A DNA stretch of 64,000 nt from Chrysomallon squamiferum (Eukaryota; Animalia; Mollusca). Below are positions 49,500 through 63,780 of this stretch, in pieces. The translations under genes and the position numbers were made by a program. The stretch is from the NCBI GenBank assembly GCA_012295275.1, contig CM022677.1:24366001-24430000 (forward strand), read 5' to 3'. Positions within the stretch are counted from its first letter, which is position 1, and every line of letters starts with the position of its first letter. Below the pieces are notes generated by a model. The model was not told the DNA's origin. It searched no databases and saw only the letters and a program-made list of their open reading frames with translations.

Positions 49500-51261
49500 A
49501 CAAAGGCCAATATCGTAAAACCTGTTTTAAGCGCGCATGTCCAAATCTGAGAATTGTGTCATACAAGTTTTGCTCAGGTGCCCACAGACAGTTCTCGAAA
49601 CATAATTATTATTCTTCGATTTCTTTTAAATATTAGTATGTTTCCTTCATTCAGTTTTCTTCTGCTTAATTATTATATTTTATATTATTTATTTATTTAT
49701 TTCCATTCTATTTTATTTCCTTTTTTAAAGCTGTCTTTAATTGTCATACACATGCACTCAATTTAAACTTGCTATTCATAGCATGAGCAAAAGAGTAAAG
49801 AATAATTCTGAACTTTATTTATTTATGTATTGTTTTATTTCTTTCTTTATTTTATTTTATTGTCGTTTTTTTTTCCTCCAATTTTTTGAATTCCTTACAA
49901 TGTATACGGAAATGAATCTTTACCGTTTTTCGAAGAAAAAATCAAATCAGTACTAGTGAAAGGAAAACTGAACAAAGGGCTTGCTCTGCATATTCTGATT
50001 CAACTTTTGTATACATACATACATAAACATACACAGACATACATATCTATATACATACACAAATACATACATACACGCATGCAGTACATGAAGTATTTTG
50101 TGTTGAGGAACAAAACATACTGACTACTATTTAAACACGGAAGACAGAACTGAACACCAGTACCGCTGTGTCTACATAGTCAGTACGTAGATGTACAGTA
50201 GAATCACATTTTAGTAGAATGCAATCAACCTGATCCAGTGAAGAGATCAGTTTTCTAAAAGCATAGTTTTGTTTTTAAGACAGTAGAGTTTAAAAATTTC
50301 ACCATTAAGAAAAAACACAATAACAATGACAATAATAATAGTAATAATAAATCATTAAATTCAGAAAAAAGAATGAAAGAAAAAGAATATAAGAAAATTA
50401 AATAAAAAATAAACAACGAACAAAATAATAATGATTGTAAATAAATGGATTAGTCATTGCATGGGACTCATGTAGCAGAAATCTGATAGCGCTAAGTCTA
50501 CACCTTAACTCGAAACTGAACTCTGTCAATTAGAGAATAGCAGGTTTGTTTTGCCAAGAAGTTTTAAAAATATTTTATCGTCATCATAATTAATATAAAA
50601 TGTCTACCTTTCTTTATCGAATCGCATTTGAGTTCATGCAAGGCGAAGTAACCTAATGACATTTATTTTAAATTGAACAATTAATTCTTAACTTCAACGG
50701 GTCAGTTATCAGAAGTCAGCATATCTATGTGATTGACGAACATAATCAACAAGCTGCAGTTTTAGTTACCTGCAATAGAGTGTCATGACTTGACAGTTTT
50801 AGGCGCATCTGACATAAGCATATATTTTGTCATTTGCAAGGTGACTTTCCTATACGAAAGAAGAAAGAATTTTCAGGTATGTACTCTAGTTTTCATATCT
50901 CCTGTTTTATTACTAACTTGCTTACAAAATAAATATTACGCACTGAAACATTAAAATATATGTATGTATGTATATGATTGTATGTATATAAAATAATAAT
51001 AATAATAATATAAAATATATATAATATTTATTCTTTATTTCGGTACTTGGTTTGTATGCTGTGATAACAAAGATGGGGTGGGGGGGAAATCTCTCTGAAG
51101 CGCGCATGCCCAAATCGGCGTATTGTCATACATATTTTCTCAGGTGCCCAGGCATTTTTCGAAAAATTATTATTATTATTCGATATATTTTAAATATTAG
51201 AATGTGACTTTATTTTATGTTCTTTGAATTCATTTTATTTATTGCTTAATTTTTATTTTAT

Positions 51262-51307
<46 letters not shown>

Positions 51308-54177
51308 TTCATTTATTCATTTTAAATTAAACCATTTATTCGCAACTTCAAAGTGTCAGTTCTCATAACTGAACACACCTATAAGATCAACGAACAAAAA
51401 CTACCCGCTGCAGTTTTAGTTACCTATAATAGAGTGTCATGACTTGATAGTTTTAGGCGCATTAGCCGGAAGCAAAACGGTTTTGTCATTTATAAGGTGA
51501 ATTTTTTCTACGAAACAATAGAAACTTTTCAGGTATTTATTCCAGTTTTTCAATCCTCTCTTTTATTCTAACTTACAAAATATATATTTCGCAATGAAAG
51601 ATTTGAATTAAAAAATATATATATAATAAATAAATATAAATATATATATATTTGTAAGATTACTGTTGAATGTTTTCTGTGAAGAAAAAAGTTAAAAAAC
51701 GAAGAAAAATGAATGTTTAAGACAATAAATACAAATTGGATTGTGATAAAATATCTCAGCTGACGGAAATAGTGAGGAGACAGAATTATATATGTAAATG
51801 ATATTAAAATGATCATTACTCTAAAAACAAAGCATTATTTTATTTCCTTGTTTCGATTCCCTGTGTGGTGTCTTAAATCAAAGATCAGGGGCTAAACCTG
51901 TTTTAAGCGCGCATGCCCAAATAATCGAAATGTGTCACGTTTTGCTGACGTTCACACAAACATTTGTGGAAACATTATTATTGTTATTAGATGTCTTAAA
52001 TATTAGCATGTTTCTTTCTTTCTTTTATTTATTTATTTATTTATTATATCGTTATTATTACTATTATTTATTTGAATTTTGCTTTCTTTTGGTCTAGATT
52101 TCTATGACAAATGATGGAAAAATATATATTTTGTGTTCAAACTAACTAGAGACACAGGAATTAGATACTTTCAGTACAATATCTTGTTAGTTATCTTAAC
52201 AACAAATAAGCATTTGGTATTATATGATATAAAGCAATCAGATAAATGTGAATTTCTTTTTGGTTATGGAAACAGGTTCAGAAATTCTAGAATACTGTTA
52301 CTGTCAGTGAGGAAAACCTGTTTTAAGCGCGCAGGCCCAAATCAGCGAAATGTGTCACACGTTTTGCTCACGTGCCCAGACATTTGTCGAAACATTATTA
52401 TTGTTATTAGATGTCTTTTAAATATTAGCATGTTTCTTTCTTTTATTTATTTATTTATTTATTTATTATATCGTTATTATTACTATTATTTATTTTACTT
52501 TTGCTTTCTTTTGGTATACATTTCTATGACAAATGATGGAAAAGTATATACTTTCTGTTCAAGCTAACTAGAGACACAGGACTTAGATACTTTCAGTACA
52601 ATATCTTGTTAGTTATCTTAACAACAAATAAGCATTTGGTATTATATGGTATAAAGCAATCAGATAAATGTGAATTTCTTTTTGGTTATGGAAACAGGTT
52701 CAGACATTCTAGAATACTGTTACTGTCAGTGAGGAAAACCTGTTTTAAGCGCTCAGGCTCAGTGAACTCTGTGACACGTTTTGCTCACGTGCCCAGACAT
52801 TTGTCGAAACATTATTATTGTTCTTAGATGTCTTTTAAATATTAGGATGTTTGTTTCATTCAATTTTCTTCTTCTTAATTATTTAATTTTATATTATTTA
52901 TTTATTTCCATTTTGTTTTATTTTCATTTTCTAAAACAGCTTTTAACTGTCATACATATGCAGTCAATTTAAACTCGCTATTCTTAGCATGAGCAAAAGG
53001 GTAAAGAATATAATTCTGAGCTTTATTTATTTATTTAATTAATTTTATGTTTCTTGTTTGTTTCTCCAATTTTTCAATGCTTTACGATGTATACTGAGAA
53101 ACGGGCTTGCTCTGCATATTCTGGTTCAACTTTTATATACGTACATACATATGTATATACATACACAAATCTATACATTTAACAAACATACATAATACAT
53201 ATACAGACGTATGCAGACACATACCTACACACATGCAGTATATAAAGTATTTTCTGTTGAGGAACGAAACTTAATGACAATTATTTAAACACGGAAGACA
53301 GAACTAAACACCAGTACCGGTATATCTACATAGTCAGTACGTAGATGTACAGTAGAATCACATTTAGTAGAATGCAATCAACCTGGTCCAGTGAAGAGAT
53401 CAATTTTCTAAAAGCAGAGTTTTGTTTATACCAGTAGAGTTTAAAAATTTCACCATTAAAAACAATAACAATGACAATAATAATAATAATAAATCATTAA
53501 ATTAAGAAAAAAGAATGAAAGAAAAAGAATATAAGAAAATTAAATAAAAAATAAATAACGAACAAAATAATAATGATGGTAAATAAATAGATTAGTCATT
53601 ACATAGGACTCATATAGCGGAAATATCATAGCGCTAAGTCTACATCTTATCCACTTAACTCGAAACTGAAATCTGTGAATTAGCGAATAGGAAGTTTGTT
53701 TTGTCAAGAAGTTTTGAATATATTTTATCATCATCATAATTATTAGTATTAATTATTTTACTTTAATTTTCTTTTAAAATTATAAAATGTCTGCCTTTCT
53801 TTTTCGAATCGCAATAGTGTTCATGCAAGGGGAAGAAACCTAGTGGCATTTATTTTAAACTGAACAATTTATTGTTAACTTCAAAGTGTCAGTTATCAGA
53901 ACTGAACACACGTATCAGATCAACGATCCAAAACTACCCGCTGCAGTTTTAGTTACCTGCAATAGCATGTCATGACTTGATAGTTTTAGGAGCATGTGCC
54001 GTAAGCAAACGGTTTGTCATTTACAAGGTGACTTTTTTCTACAAAACAAGAGAGATTTTTCTGGTATTTATTCTAGTTTTTTTTATCCTCTCTTTTATTA
54101 CTAACTTACTTACAAAATAAATATTACGCACTGAAACATTTAAATAAATAAATAAATAAATATATATATGTATATAA

Positions 54178-54229
<52 letters not shown>

Positions 54230-54460
54230 GAAAATATATATAATATTTTATTTCGGTATTTGGTTTGTATGCTGTGATAACAACAAAGATGAGGGGTGGA
54301 AAATCTCTTTGAAGCGCGCATGCTCAAATCGGCGTATTGTCATACATATTTTCTCAGGTGCCCACAGACATTTTTTGAAAAATAATAATTATTATATATT
54401 AGAATGTGACTTTCTTTTATTTTATTTGAATTCATTTTATTTATTGCTTAATTTTTATTT

Positions 54461-54492
<32 letters not shown>

Positions 54493-55849
54493 CTATTATT
54501 CATTCCTTTATTCGTTTTAAATTAAACCATTTATTCGCAACTTCAACGGGCCAGTTCTCACAACTGAACACACCTATAAGATCAACGAACGAAAACTACC
54601 CGCTGCAGTTTAATTACCTGCAATAGCATGTCTTGACTTGATAGTTTTAGGCGCATGTGACATAAGCAAAACGGTTTTGTCATTTACAAGGTGACTTTTT
54701 TCTACGAAACCATAGAAACTTTTCAGGTATTTATTCCAGTTTTTAAATCCTCTCTTTTATTATAACTTACTTACAAAATAAATATTACCCAATAAAATTT
54801 TGAATAAAAACAAATATATATATATATATATACATAATAAATAAATATAAATATATATCTGTAAGACTACTGTTGAATGGTTTCTGTGAAGAAAAAAAGT
54901 TAAGAAACGAAGAAAAATGAATGTTTAAGACAATAAATACAAATTGGATTGTGATAAAATATCTCAGCTGACGGAAATAGTGAGGAGACAGAATTATATA
55001 TGTAAATGATATTAAAATGATCATTACTCTAAAAACAAAGCATTATTTTATTTCCTTTTTTCGATTCCCTGTGTGGTGTCTTAAATCAAAGATCAGGGAC
55101 TAAACCTGTTTTAAGCGCGCATGCCCAAATCAGCGAAATGTGTCACACGTTTTGCTCACGTGCCCAGACATTTGTCGAAACATTATTATTGTTATTAGAT
55201 GTCTTTTAAATATTAGGATGTTTGTTTCGTTCAATTTTCTTCTTCTTAATTATTTAATTTTATATTATTTATAAATTTCCATTTTGTTTTATTTTCATTT
55301 TCTAAAATAGCTTTTAATTGTCATACATATCCACTCAATTTAAACTGGCTATTCTTGGAAAAGTGTAAAGAATATAATTCTAAGCTTTATTTATTTATTT
55401 ATTTATTGCTTCCTTTATTTATTTAATTTTATTGTTGTTGTTTGTTTCTCCAATTTGCCAATGCTTTACGATGTATACTTGCTCTGCATATTCTGATTCA
55501 ACTTTTATATACATACATACATAAACATACAGATATACATATGTATATACATACACAAATACATACATTTAACAAACATACATAATACATATACAGACGT
55601 ATGCAGATACATACTTACACACATGCAGTACATGAAGTATTTTCTGTTGAGGAACAAGACATATTGTCTATTATTTAAACACAAAAGACACCAGTACCGC
55701 TGTGTCTACATAGTCAGTACGTAGATGTACAGTAGAATCACATTTTAGTAGAATGCAATCAACCTGATTCAGTGAAGAGATACATTTTCTAAAAGCATCG
55801 TTTTGATTATAGCAGTAGAGTTCAAAATTGTTCAAATTAAGAAAAATAA

Positions 55850-55883
<34 letters not shown>

Positions 55884-56520
55884 GAAAACAACGAATGAAA
55901 GAAAAAGAAAATAAGAAAATTAAATAAAAAATAAACAACAACAATAATAAAACTGATGATATAAATAAACAAAGAATCAAACAAACAAAAACAAAAACAT
56001 ATAAATAGAATTCGACATTACACGGGACTCATATCGCAGAAATCTGATAGTTCTTAGTCTACAAATTACCCATCACAGTCGAAACTGAACTCTTTGAATT
56101 AGAGAATAGATAGTCTCTCATTCGAATAAGCTGTAAACATATTCTATCATCATCATAATAATTATTATTATTATTTATTTTACTTTTATGTTATTTTAAA
56201 AATTTTAAATGCCTGCCTTTCTGTTTCAAATCGCATTCAAGGGAAATTAAACTAGAAATATTTTATTTTATTTCATATACTTTATATCTATCAATCTAAT
56301 CTAGCTATTTATTTATTTATTTCGTCAATAACTAATTGCAGTTATTTCTAGCAAAATACAAAAGAGGTTTGTTTACAAAAGGAATACAGAAAGTGTAAAA
56401 GTAGATAAATATAAATGAAAAGTTAAAAATTAAAAACACAAATACTGAAAATAACTTGTTAAAATGCTATGTTTGTCAAAGACAACTACTTTAAGAAAAT
56501 AATAAAAATAATAATAACAA

Positions 56521-56551
<31 letters not shown>

Positions 56552-56695
56552 AAGAAGAAGAAGAAGAAATGAATAACTAAATAAAATAAAATAAAATAAA
56601 ATTACTTTAGTTTATTCATTAACATTCTTCTTCTTTTTTTCCCCCCAGAATACATTACAATATGTTTCAGCATAAGAAACTTGTACATTTTCTTA

Positions 56696-56755
<60 letters not shown>

Positions 56756-57269
56756 TATGATAATAATACTTATTATTTTATTTTATTTTAATTCATTTTA
56801 TTTATTTGTTAGTTTTTATTTTACTTTATTTATTTATTTAAATGCAACTATTTACTCCTAACTTCAACGAGTCAGTCTTCACAATTGAACACACTGATAT
56901 GATAACGAAACACATCTCCTGCTTCGATTTTAGTTACCGTACAATAGCGTACCATGACTTGTCAGTTTGTGGAGCACTCGTGCGTTACCTGTGTGACGTA
57001 AGCAACAAATTTTGTCATTTAAAAGGTGATGTTCCTATACGAAACAAGAAAGAGTGTTCAGGTATTTTGTTCTAGTTTTTATATTTAACTTAATTACAAA
57101 ATAAGTATCACGCAATGAAAGTTTTAACTAACGAAAGAAAAAATCAAACCAGAAAAAAAAAAGAGAAAAAAAAAGATATAAAATAAACAATTAAATAAAT
57201 ATATAAATACTACTGTTGAACGTTTTCTGTGACCTAGAACATTAAATAAACAAAGAAACATAAAAGTTT

Positions 57270-57305
<36 letters not shown>

Positions 57306-57740
57306 GGGATTGTAATAAAATGTTTCAGCTGAAAGAAATTTTGAGGAAAGAAAATTGTAAATGATATTAAAATGATCATTAATCTAAAAACAAAACAAGA
57401 TTTTATTTCCTTGTTTCGGTTTCGGTTTTCCTTTGTATGGTGTGATAATAACAAAGATGAGGGAAGGAAAATCTCCTTTAAGCGCGTATGCCCAAATCGG
57501 CGAATTCTCTTATATATTTTGTCAGTTGCCCCAGACATTTTTCGAAACATAATAATTATTATTCTTTTAAATATTAGGATGTTTCTTTCTTTCTTTTTTC
57601 TTAATTATTTTATTTTATATTATTTGTTATTATTTCACTAATTTATAAAATTAGTTTTGTTAGTTATCAGCCTTTAGCTGGCATACATATCCACTCAGTT
57701 TAAACTAGCTGTTCTTAGCATGACCAAAAGAGAAAACAAT
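49500..57740 (+). repeat. Higher-order tandem array (about 2.4-3.2 kb units) built from the caspase upstream modules
   Basis: Module A (...GTAGAATGCAATCAACCTGATCCAGTGAAGAG) at ~50095, 53250 and 55640 (also 41475). Module B (donor cassette) ends at 50876, 51532, 54063, 54726 and 57061. Module C (TTAAGCGCGCATGCCCAAAT) at ~49525, 51090, 51900, 52320, 52740, 54310, 55110 and 57480. Confidence 0.9.
52095..52725 (+). mobile_element. Two tandem ~200-bp zf-RVT-like LINE fragments embedded in a ~420-bp duplication
   Basis: RYFQYNILLVILTTNKHLVLY(D/G)IKQSDKCEF occurs twice and is homologous to 48170-48380. Confidence 0.7.
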
Positions 57741-58245
57741 AATTCTGAAATTATAATTTATTTATTATATTTTATTTTATTATTTAAAAAAAAAAAAAAT
57801 TTAATTCAATTTTTCAATATATTACAATACATATGAAAATGAATCATTACAATTTTTAGAAGAAAATATCAAATCAGTACTAGAGTAAAAAAAACTGTAT
57901 AAAAAGGGCAACTTCTAATTCTTACATGCATACACACATATCCATCCATAATCATAGATAAAAAACATACATACGTATAAATAGATACAAACATACATAA
58001 TATATATATATATATATATATATAAATATAAATGCGTACAAACTTGCACACACACATACAGAAACATTCACAGACACACACTTACAGATACAATACATAC
58101 ATACATACACACACAAAACAAAACAAATACAATACATATTATAAAAATAAAAAACGTATTGTACTGTGATTCTTAGTACAATTACTACAACTTGCTGCTG
58201 TTCTTGTTGTTGCTGCTGCTACTACTACTACTACTAGTGCTACCA

Positions 58246-58306
<61 letters not shown>

Positions 58307-58356
58307 TTAGATGATCACTGAATCACTTCTTCGCTGAGTCGCATTCAACGGAAACA

Positions 58357-60823
58357 ATGGAAAATCTGATACATTTAACAGAATACATTCCGGACACAGT
58401 GTATATTGACTGTGCTCAGTTTAACTTGAGACCAATGAGATTGAAAATAACTGATGAATTGAAAAAACTTAATAGAACAAACAAAGAAAACACAGAAAAG
58501 GTACAAAACAACGAAGAAACAAAGAAAACAAAAAAGAAAGTAAAGATAGACAACACAGAAAACAAAGAAGAGACAGAAAGCACACAAAACAAAGAAGAGA
58601 CAGAAAGCACACAAAACAAAGAAGAGGCAGAAAGCACACAAAACAAAGAAGAGACAGAAAGCACACAAAACAAAGAAGAGACAGAAAGCACACAAAACAA
58701 AGAAGAGACAGAAAGCACACAAAACAAAGAAGAGGCAGAAAGCACACAAAACAAAGAAGAGGCAGAAAGCACACAAAACAACGAAGAGACAGAAAGCACA
58801 CTAAACAAAGAGGAGACAGAAAACACACTAAACAAAGAAGAGACAGAAAACACACAAAACAAAGAAGAGACAGAAAGCACACAAAACAAAGAAGAGACAG
58901 AAAACACACTAAACAAAGAGGAGACACAAAACACACTAAACAAAGAAGAGACAGAAAGCATACAAAACAAAGAAGAGACAGAAAGCATACAAAACAAAGA
59001 AGAGACAGAAAACACACAAAACAAAGAAGAGACAGAAAGCATACAAAACAAAGAAGAGACAGAAAGCACACAAAACAAAGAAGAGACAGAAAGCACACAA
59101 AACAAAGAAGAGACAGAAAGCACACAAAACAAAGAAGAGACAGAAAGCATACAAAACAAAGAAGAGACAGAAAACACACTAAACAAAGAAGAGACAGAAA
59201 GCATACAAAACAAAGAAGAGACAGAAAGCACACTAAACAAAGAGGAGACACAAAACACACTAAACAAAGAAGAGACAGAAAACACACAAAAGAAAGAAGA
59301 GGCAGAAAACACACAAAAGAAACAAGAGACAGAAAACACACAAAAGAAAGAAGAGGCAGAAAACAGACAAAAGAAACAAGAGGCAGAAAACACACTAAAC
59401 AAAGAGGAGACAGAAAACACACAAAACAAAGAAGAGACAGAAAGCACACAAAACAAAGACGAGACACAAAATAGACAAAAGAAAGAAGAGACAGAAAACA
59501 TAAAAAACAAAGACGAGACACAAAATAGACAAAACAAAGAAGAGACAGAAAACACACAAAAGAAAGAAGAGGCAGAAAACACACAAAACAAAGAAGAGAC
59601 AGAAAACACACAAAAGAGTGAAGAAATAGAAAGCACACCAAAGAATGAAGAGGTAGAAAGCACACAAAACAACAAAGACACAGAAAAGAACGAAGTGGTG
59701 ACGCTACACGAAGAGAAAACGGTGAATTTGAAAGATCTAAGAAATCGTTTTGAAAAAGAAATCAACAACAATGTAAATCTGTCAGAGAGAGTAGCCGACT
59801 ATCTGACTCTGTTAATTGAGATATTGAAGGTAGCTGAAGAAAGAAACATCAGACAAACTGAAATTGAAATAATTCCTGGCATCATAGATACTGGTTCTAT
59901 ACGTGAAACGGTATCTGGAGACACAATATGGCGTTGTGACATGATCGGCAAACGACCAGATCATTGGCTCCTTTCATACAAGAAAGGAATGTACGAGATT
60001 CAATGCAACAGCTTCTTGGAGCTGGTGAACCTCATGTACAACCATACCAAGTCCATTTCCCTTCTTACCAGTTTAAACGTAGTAAACTGCAGCTCAGAGT
60101 TTCCAGTTTATGAAATGACGCATCAGAAACGTGGGATATGTATTATAATAAACAACGAAAATTATAAATCATTGGAACAACGTACAGGCTCGAGTGTGGA
60201 CGTTGAGAGACTGAGAGAGATTTGAGAAACTTTTCTTCGATGTCGTTGTTCACACGGATCTCAGTCACTGAGAATGGAAATGTACTCAAAGTGATGTCAA
60301 AACGCGACGATATTGAAAGCGACGCTTTTGTCTGCTGCATTCGCACACGGTAGTGAGGGATCGGTCCTGTGTGTAAATGAAAAGAAAGTAACCTTACGGG
60401 AAGTCACTTCTTTATTTCCGGTCTTGTGAGTCCCTCCGTGATAAACTAAAGCTGTTTTTATCCAGTCCTGCCAAGGTGATAAACATCAGAAAGCAGAACT
60501 AGATACTAAATCTGACGTCAATGTTGAAGAAGCGACACATTTTCACTGCCGAGGGCTGGATTTCTACACTGCTTGTTCAAGCGAGCCAGGATATGCGTCT
60601 TACCGTAATGAAAATACAGGATCTTTATATATTAAACCGCTTTCAGGACAATCTTCTTAAATACAAACATGAAAATATTTCTAACGTAATGGGTGCAGTC
60701 AGTGATGACGTATGTGAGAAAAACATATCAGGGGACGATTGCACTAATAAACAAGTGCCGTGTACCAATTCAACATTAGGAAAACAATTTGTTTTCTGCC
60801 CTGTTTACAAAAAACCTGAATGA
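58357..60823 (+). pseudogene. Paralogous caspase: intact 622-aa prodomain ORF (58357-60225) and a frameshifted catalytic domain
   Basis: Collinear with caspase 1. Several 1-2-bp indels lie between ~60215 and 60650, QACQG is QSCQG (60463-60477) and KPK is KLK. Some indels could be consensus errors. Confidence 0.75.
58480..59695 (+). repeat. Coding 27-bp minisatellite (ESTQNKEET), about 45 units
   Basis: GAAAGCACACAAAACAAAGAAGAGACA-type units in frame. Confidence 0.95.
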
Positions 60824-61359
60824 ACAATTACGATTTGTCAGTGTGGTTACAAACACCCACACTTAAACCAAATGCGAACAAAAACTAACCAAGAAGAAGA
60901 AACAGAAAAACAACAAACAACGATACAGTTTTCCAACAATTCCTCTCAAAGGTCGACTTTTAGAAATAGTACATTTCATTATCGAACGAATTCAGACAAC
61001 TAGATGAAAATAAAAAAGAAATATTACATCATATGAAAGAAATTATTATCAGACTGGAAATAGAAAATGACAAGTTAAAAAAAAAAAAAACAACAACAGA
61101 GAAAGTAAATATAATAGCCACACTATCTATATATAGAACTGAGTTGCCTATGGACAAATCTAATGACTTAGAACAAGCTTCAAGGATAAACACTGTGCAA
61201 CAAAGATATACACGGGATTGAGATAAACGTCAGTGAATTCAAAATTTCAGTTTCTCGAAGACACAACATTGCTATTGGACTGGTGTGATAAAACTCTTAC
61301 AGCATCTGCGGGAACATTATAATATTTTAACAATATGTGTGATCTCAAAGTTAATAAGC

Positions 61360-62044
61360 TAAAACTGATCAAGCAAATTAGGCAAAGACTATAATAATCT
61401 TAGAAAACTGTCATCAAAACATAAATTAAAATGGACTACAGTATTTACGATATTTGGGGTAAAGTTTTCCACACATCTGTATCTAATACAAAAATCAAAC
61501 TATTAATATGAGTGAGGTTAACAGGCTTCATGAACAATGCTTAAAACGTTGTTTCACGACTCTAAAAAAAATACTGAAATCAAAAATGTTGTTATATGGA
61601 AAAAGAAATGTTTTCTTTTTTATCCAACAGATTCTTTCTTTAAAAAATAGAAACCTAATCTGTTTAGTCTTCGTTTAAATTTAAAAAGCCTGATCAAATA
61701 GCCAGAACAAATATTAATCCAGGATTATCAAGAGAGTGTGGTTTAAGAGCAATAAATCTTATGCTATTTTGCAATGGTTTGATATTAGTAGTTAAAAAAT
61801 ATTATAAATTGTCTTTGTATTACAAACGAGGTAACATTACAAATATCAGGAATTTCTAATTTTACAGAAGAACACCTCAAAACAATTGTTGGTAAAACAT
61901 TCTGCTGTGATTATATAATAGAAATTATTTCAAAGCACAAAATAAATGCCAAAATAAAATGGCAGTATATTTTGGTAGAGATTTATGTGACAAATAATGG
62001 AAAAAGTATACATCTTCTTCTGTTCAAGTTAACTATAAATACAA
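61360..62044 (+). mobile_element. Duplicated LINE remnant downstream of caspase 2, truncated by the gap
   Basis: Collinear with 47560-48230. Confidence 0.65.
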
Positions 62045-62244
62045 NNNNNNNNNNNNNNNNNNNNNNNNNNNNNNNNNNNNNNNNNNNNNNNNNNNNNNNN
62101 NNNNNNNNNNNNNNNNNNNNNNNNNNNNNNNNNNNNNNNNNNNNNNNNNNNNNNNNNNNNNNNNNNNNNNNNNNNNNNNNNNNNNNNNNNNNNNNNNNNN
62201 NNNNNNNNNNNNNNNNNNNNNNNNNNNNNNNNNNNNNNNNNNNN
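62045..62244. other. Assembly gap (200 N)
   Basis: Run of N; the round length suggests a scaffolding placeholder. Confidence 1.
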
Positions 62245-63539
62245 ATAATTAATACTAATAATTATGATGATGATAAAATATTTTTAAAACTTTATTCGCT
62301 AATTCACAGAGTTCAGTTTCGAGTTAAGTGGATAAGATGTAGACTTAGCGCTATGACATTTCCGCTATATGAGTCCCATGTAATGACTAATCTATTTATT
62401 TACCATCATTATTATTTTGTTCGTTGTTTATTTTTTATTTAATTTTCTTATATTCTTTTTCTTCCATTCTTTTTTCTTAATTTAATGATTTATTATTATT
62501 ATTATTATTGTCATTGTTATTGTTATTGTTTTTAATGGTGAAATTTTTAAACTCTACTGGTATAAAGAAAACTGTGCTTTTAGAAAATTGATCTCTTCAC
62601 TGGATCAGGTTGATTGCTTTCTACTAAAATGTGATTCTACTGTACATCTACGTACTGACGATATAGACACAGCGGTACTGGTGTTCAGTTCTGTCTTCCG
62701 TGTTTAAATAATAGACAAGATGTTTTGTTCCTCAACAGAAAATACTTTATTTACTGCATGTGTGTATGTATGTATCTGCCTACGTCTGTATATGTATTAT
62801 GTATGTTTGTATAAATGTATGTATTTGTGCATGTATATACATATGTATATCTGTATGTTTATGTATGTATGTATATAAAAGTTGAATCAGAATATGCAGA
62901 GCAAGCCCGTTTTTCAGTATACATCGTAAAGCATTGAAAAACTGGAGAAACAAACAACAACGATAAAATTAAATAAATAAAGGAAGCAATAAATAAATAA
63001 ATAAATAAAGCTCAGAATTATATTCTTTACCCTTTTCCTCATGCTAAGAATAGCGAGTTTAAATTGAGTGGATATGTATGACAATTAAAAGCTGTTTTAG
63101 AAAATGAAAATAAAACAAAATGGAAATAAATAAATAATATAAAATTAAATAATTAAGAAGAAGAAAATTGAACGAAACAAACATCCTAATATTTAAAAGA
63201 CATCTAATAACAATAATAATGTTTCGACAAATGTCTGGGCACGTGAGCAAAACGTGTGACACATTTCGCTGATTTGGGGCATGCGCTTAAAACAGGTTTA
63301 GTCCCTGATCTTTGATTTAAAACACCACACAGGGAATGGAAACAAAGGAAATAAAATATTGCTTTGTTTTTAGGGTAATGATCATTTTAATATCATTTCA
63401 ATATATAATTCTGTCTCCTCACTATTATCGTCAGTTATGATATTTTATCACAATTCAATTTTTTTTTTATTGTCTTAAACATTCATTTTTCTTCCTTTTT
63501 TAACTTTTTTTCTTCACAGAAACCATTCAGCAGTAATCT

Positions 63540-63584
<45 letters not shown>

Positions 63585-63780
63585 TTATTCAACTTTTTCA
63601 TTGCGTAATATTTATTTTGTAAGTAAGTTAGAATAAAAGAGAGGATTTAAAAACTGGAATAAATACCTGAACAGTTTCTATTGTTTTGTAGAAAAAAGTC
63701 ACCTTGTAAATGACAAAACCGTTTTGCTTACGGCACATGCGCCTAAAACTGTCAAGTGATGACACTCTACTGCAGGTAAC
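62245..63780 (-). repeat. Inverted further copy of the caspase upstream array unit (modules B-C-A)
   Basis: The reverse complement matches ~54600-55800 and 52970-53760; minus-strand donor CAG|GTATTT at 63667/63666. Confidence 0.9.

Noticed and set aside
61972-62442. 156-aa ORF spanning the N run
   Set aside because: Artefact of reading through the assembly gap.
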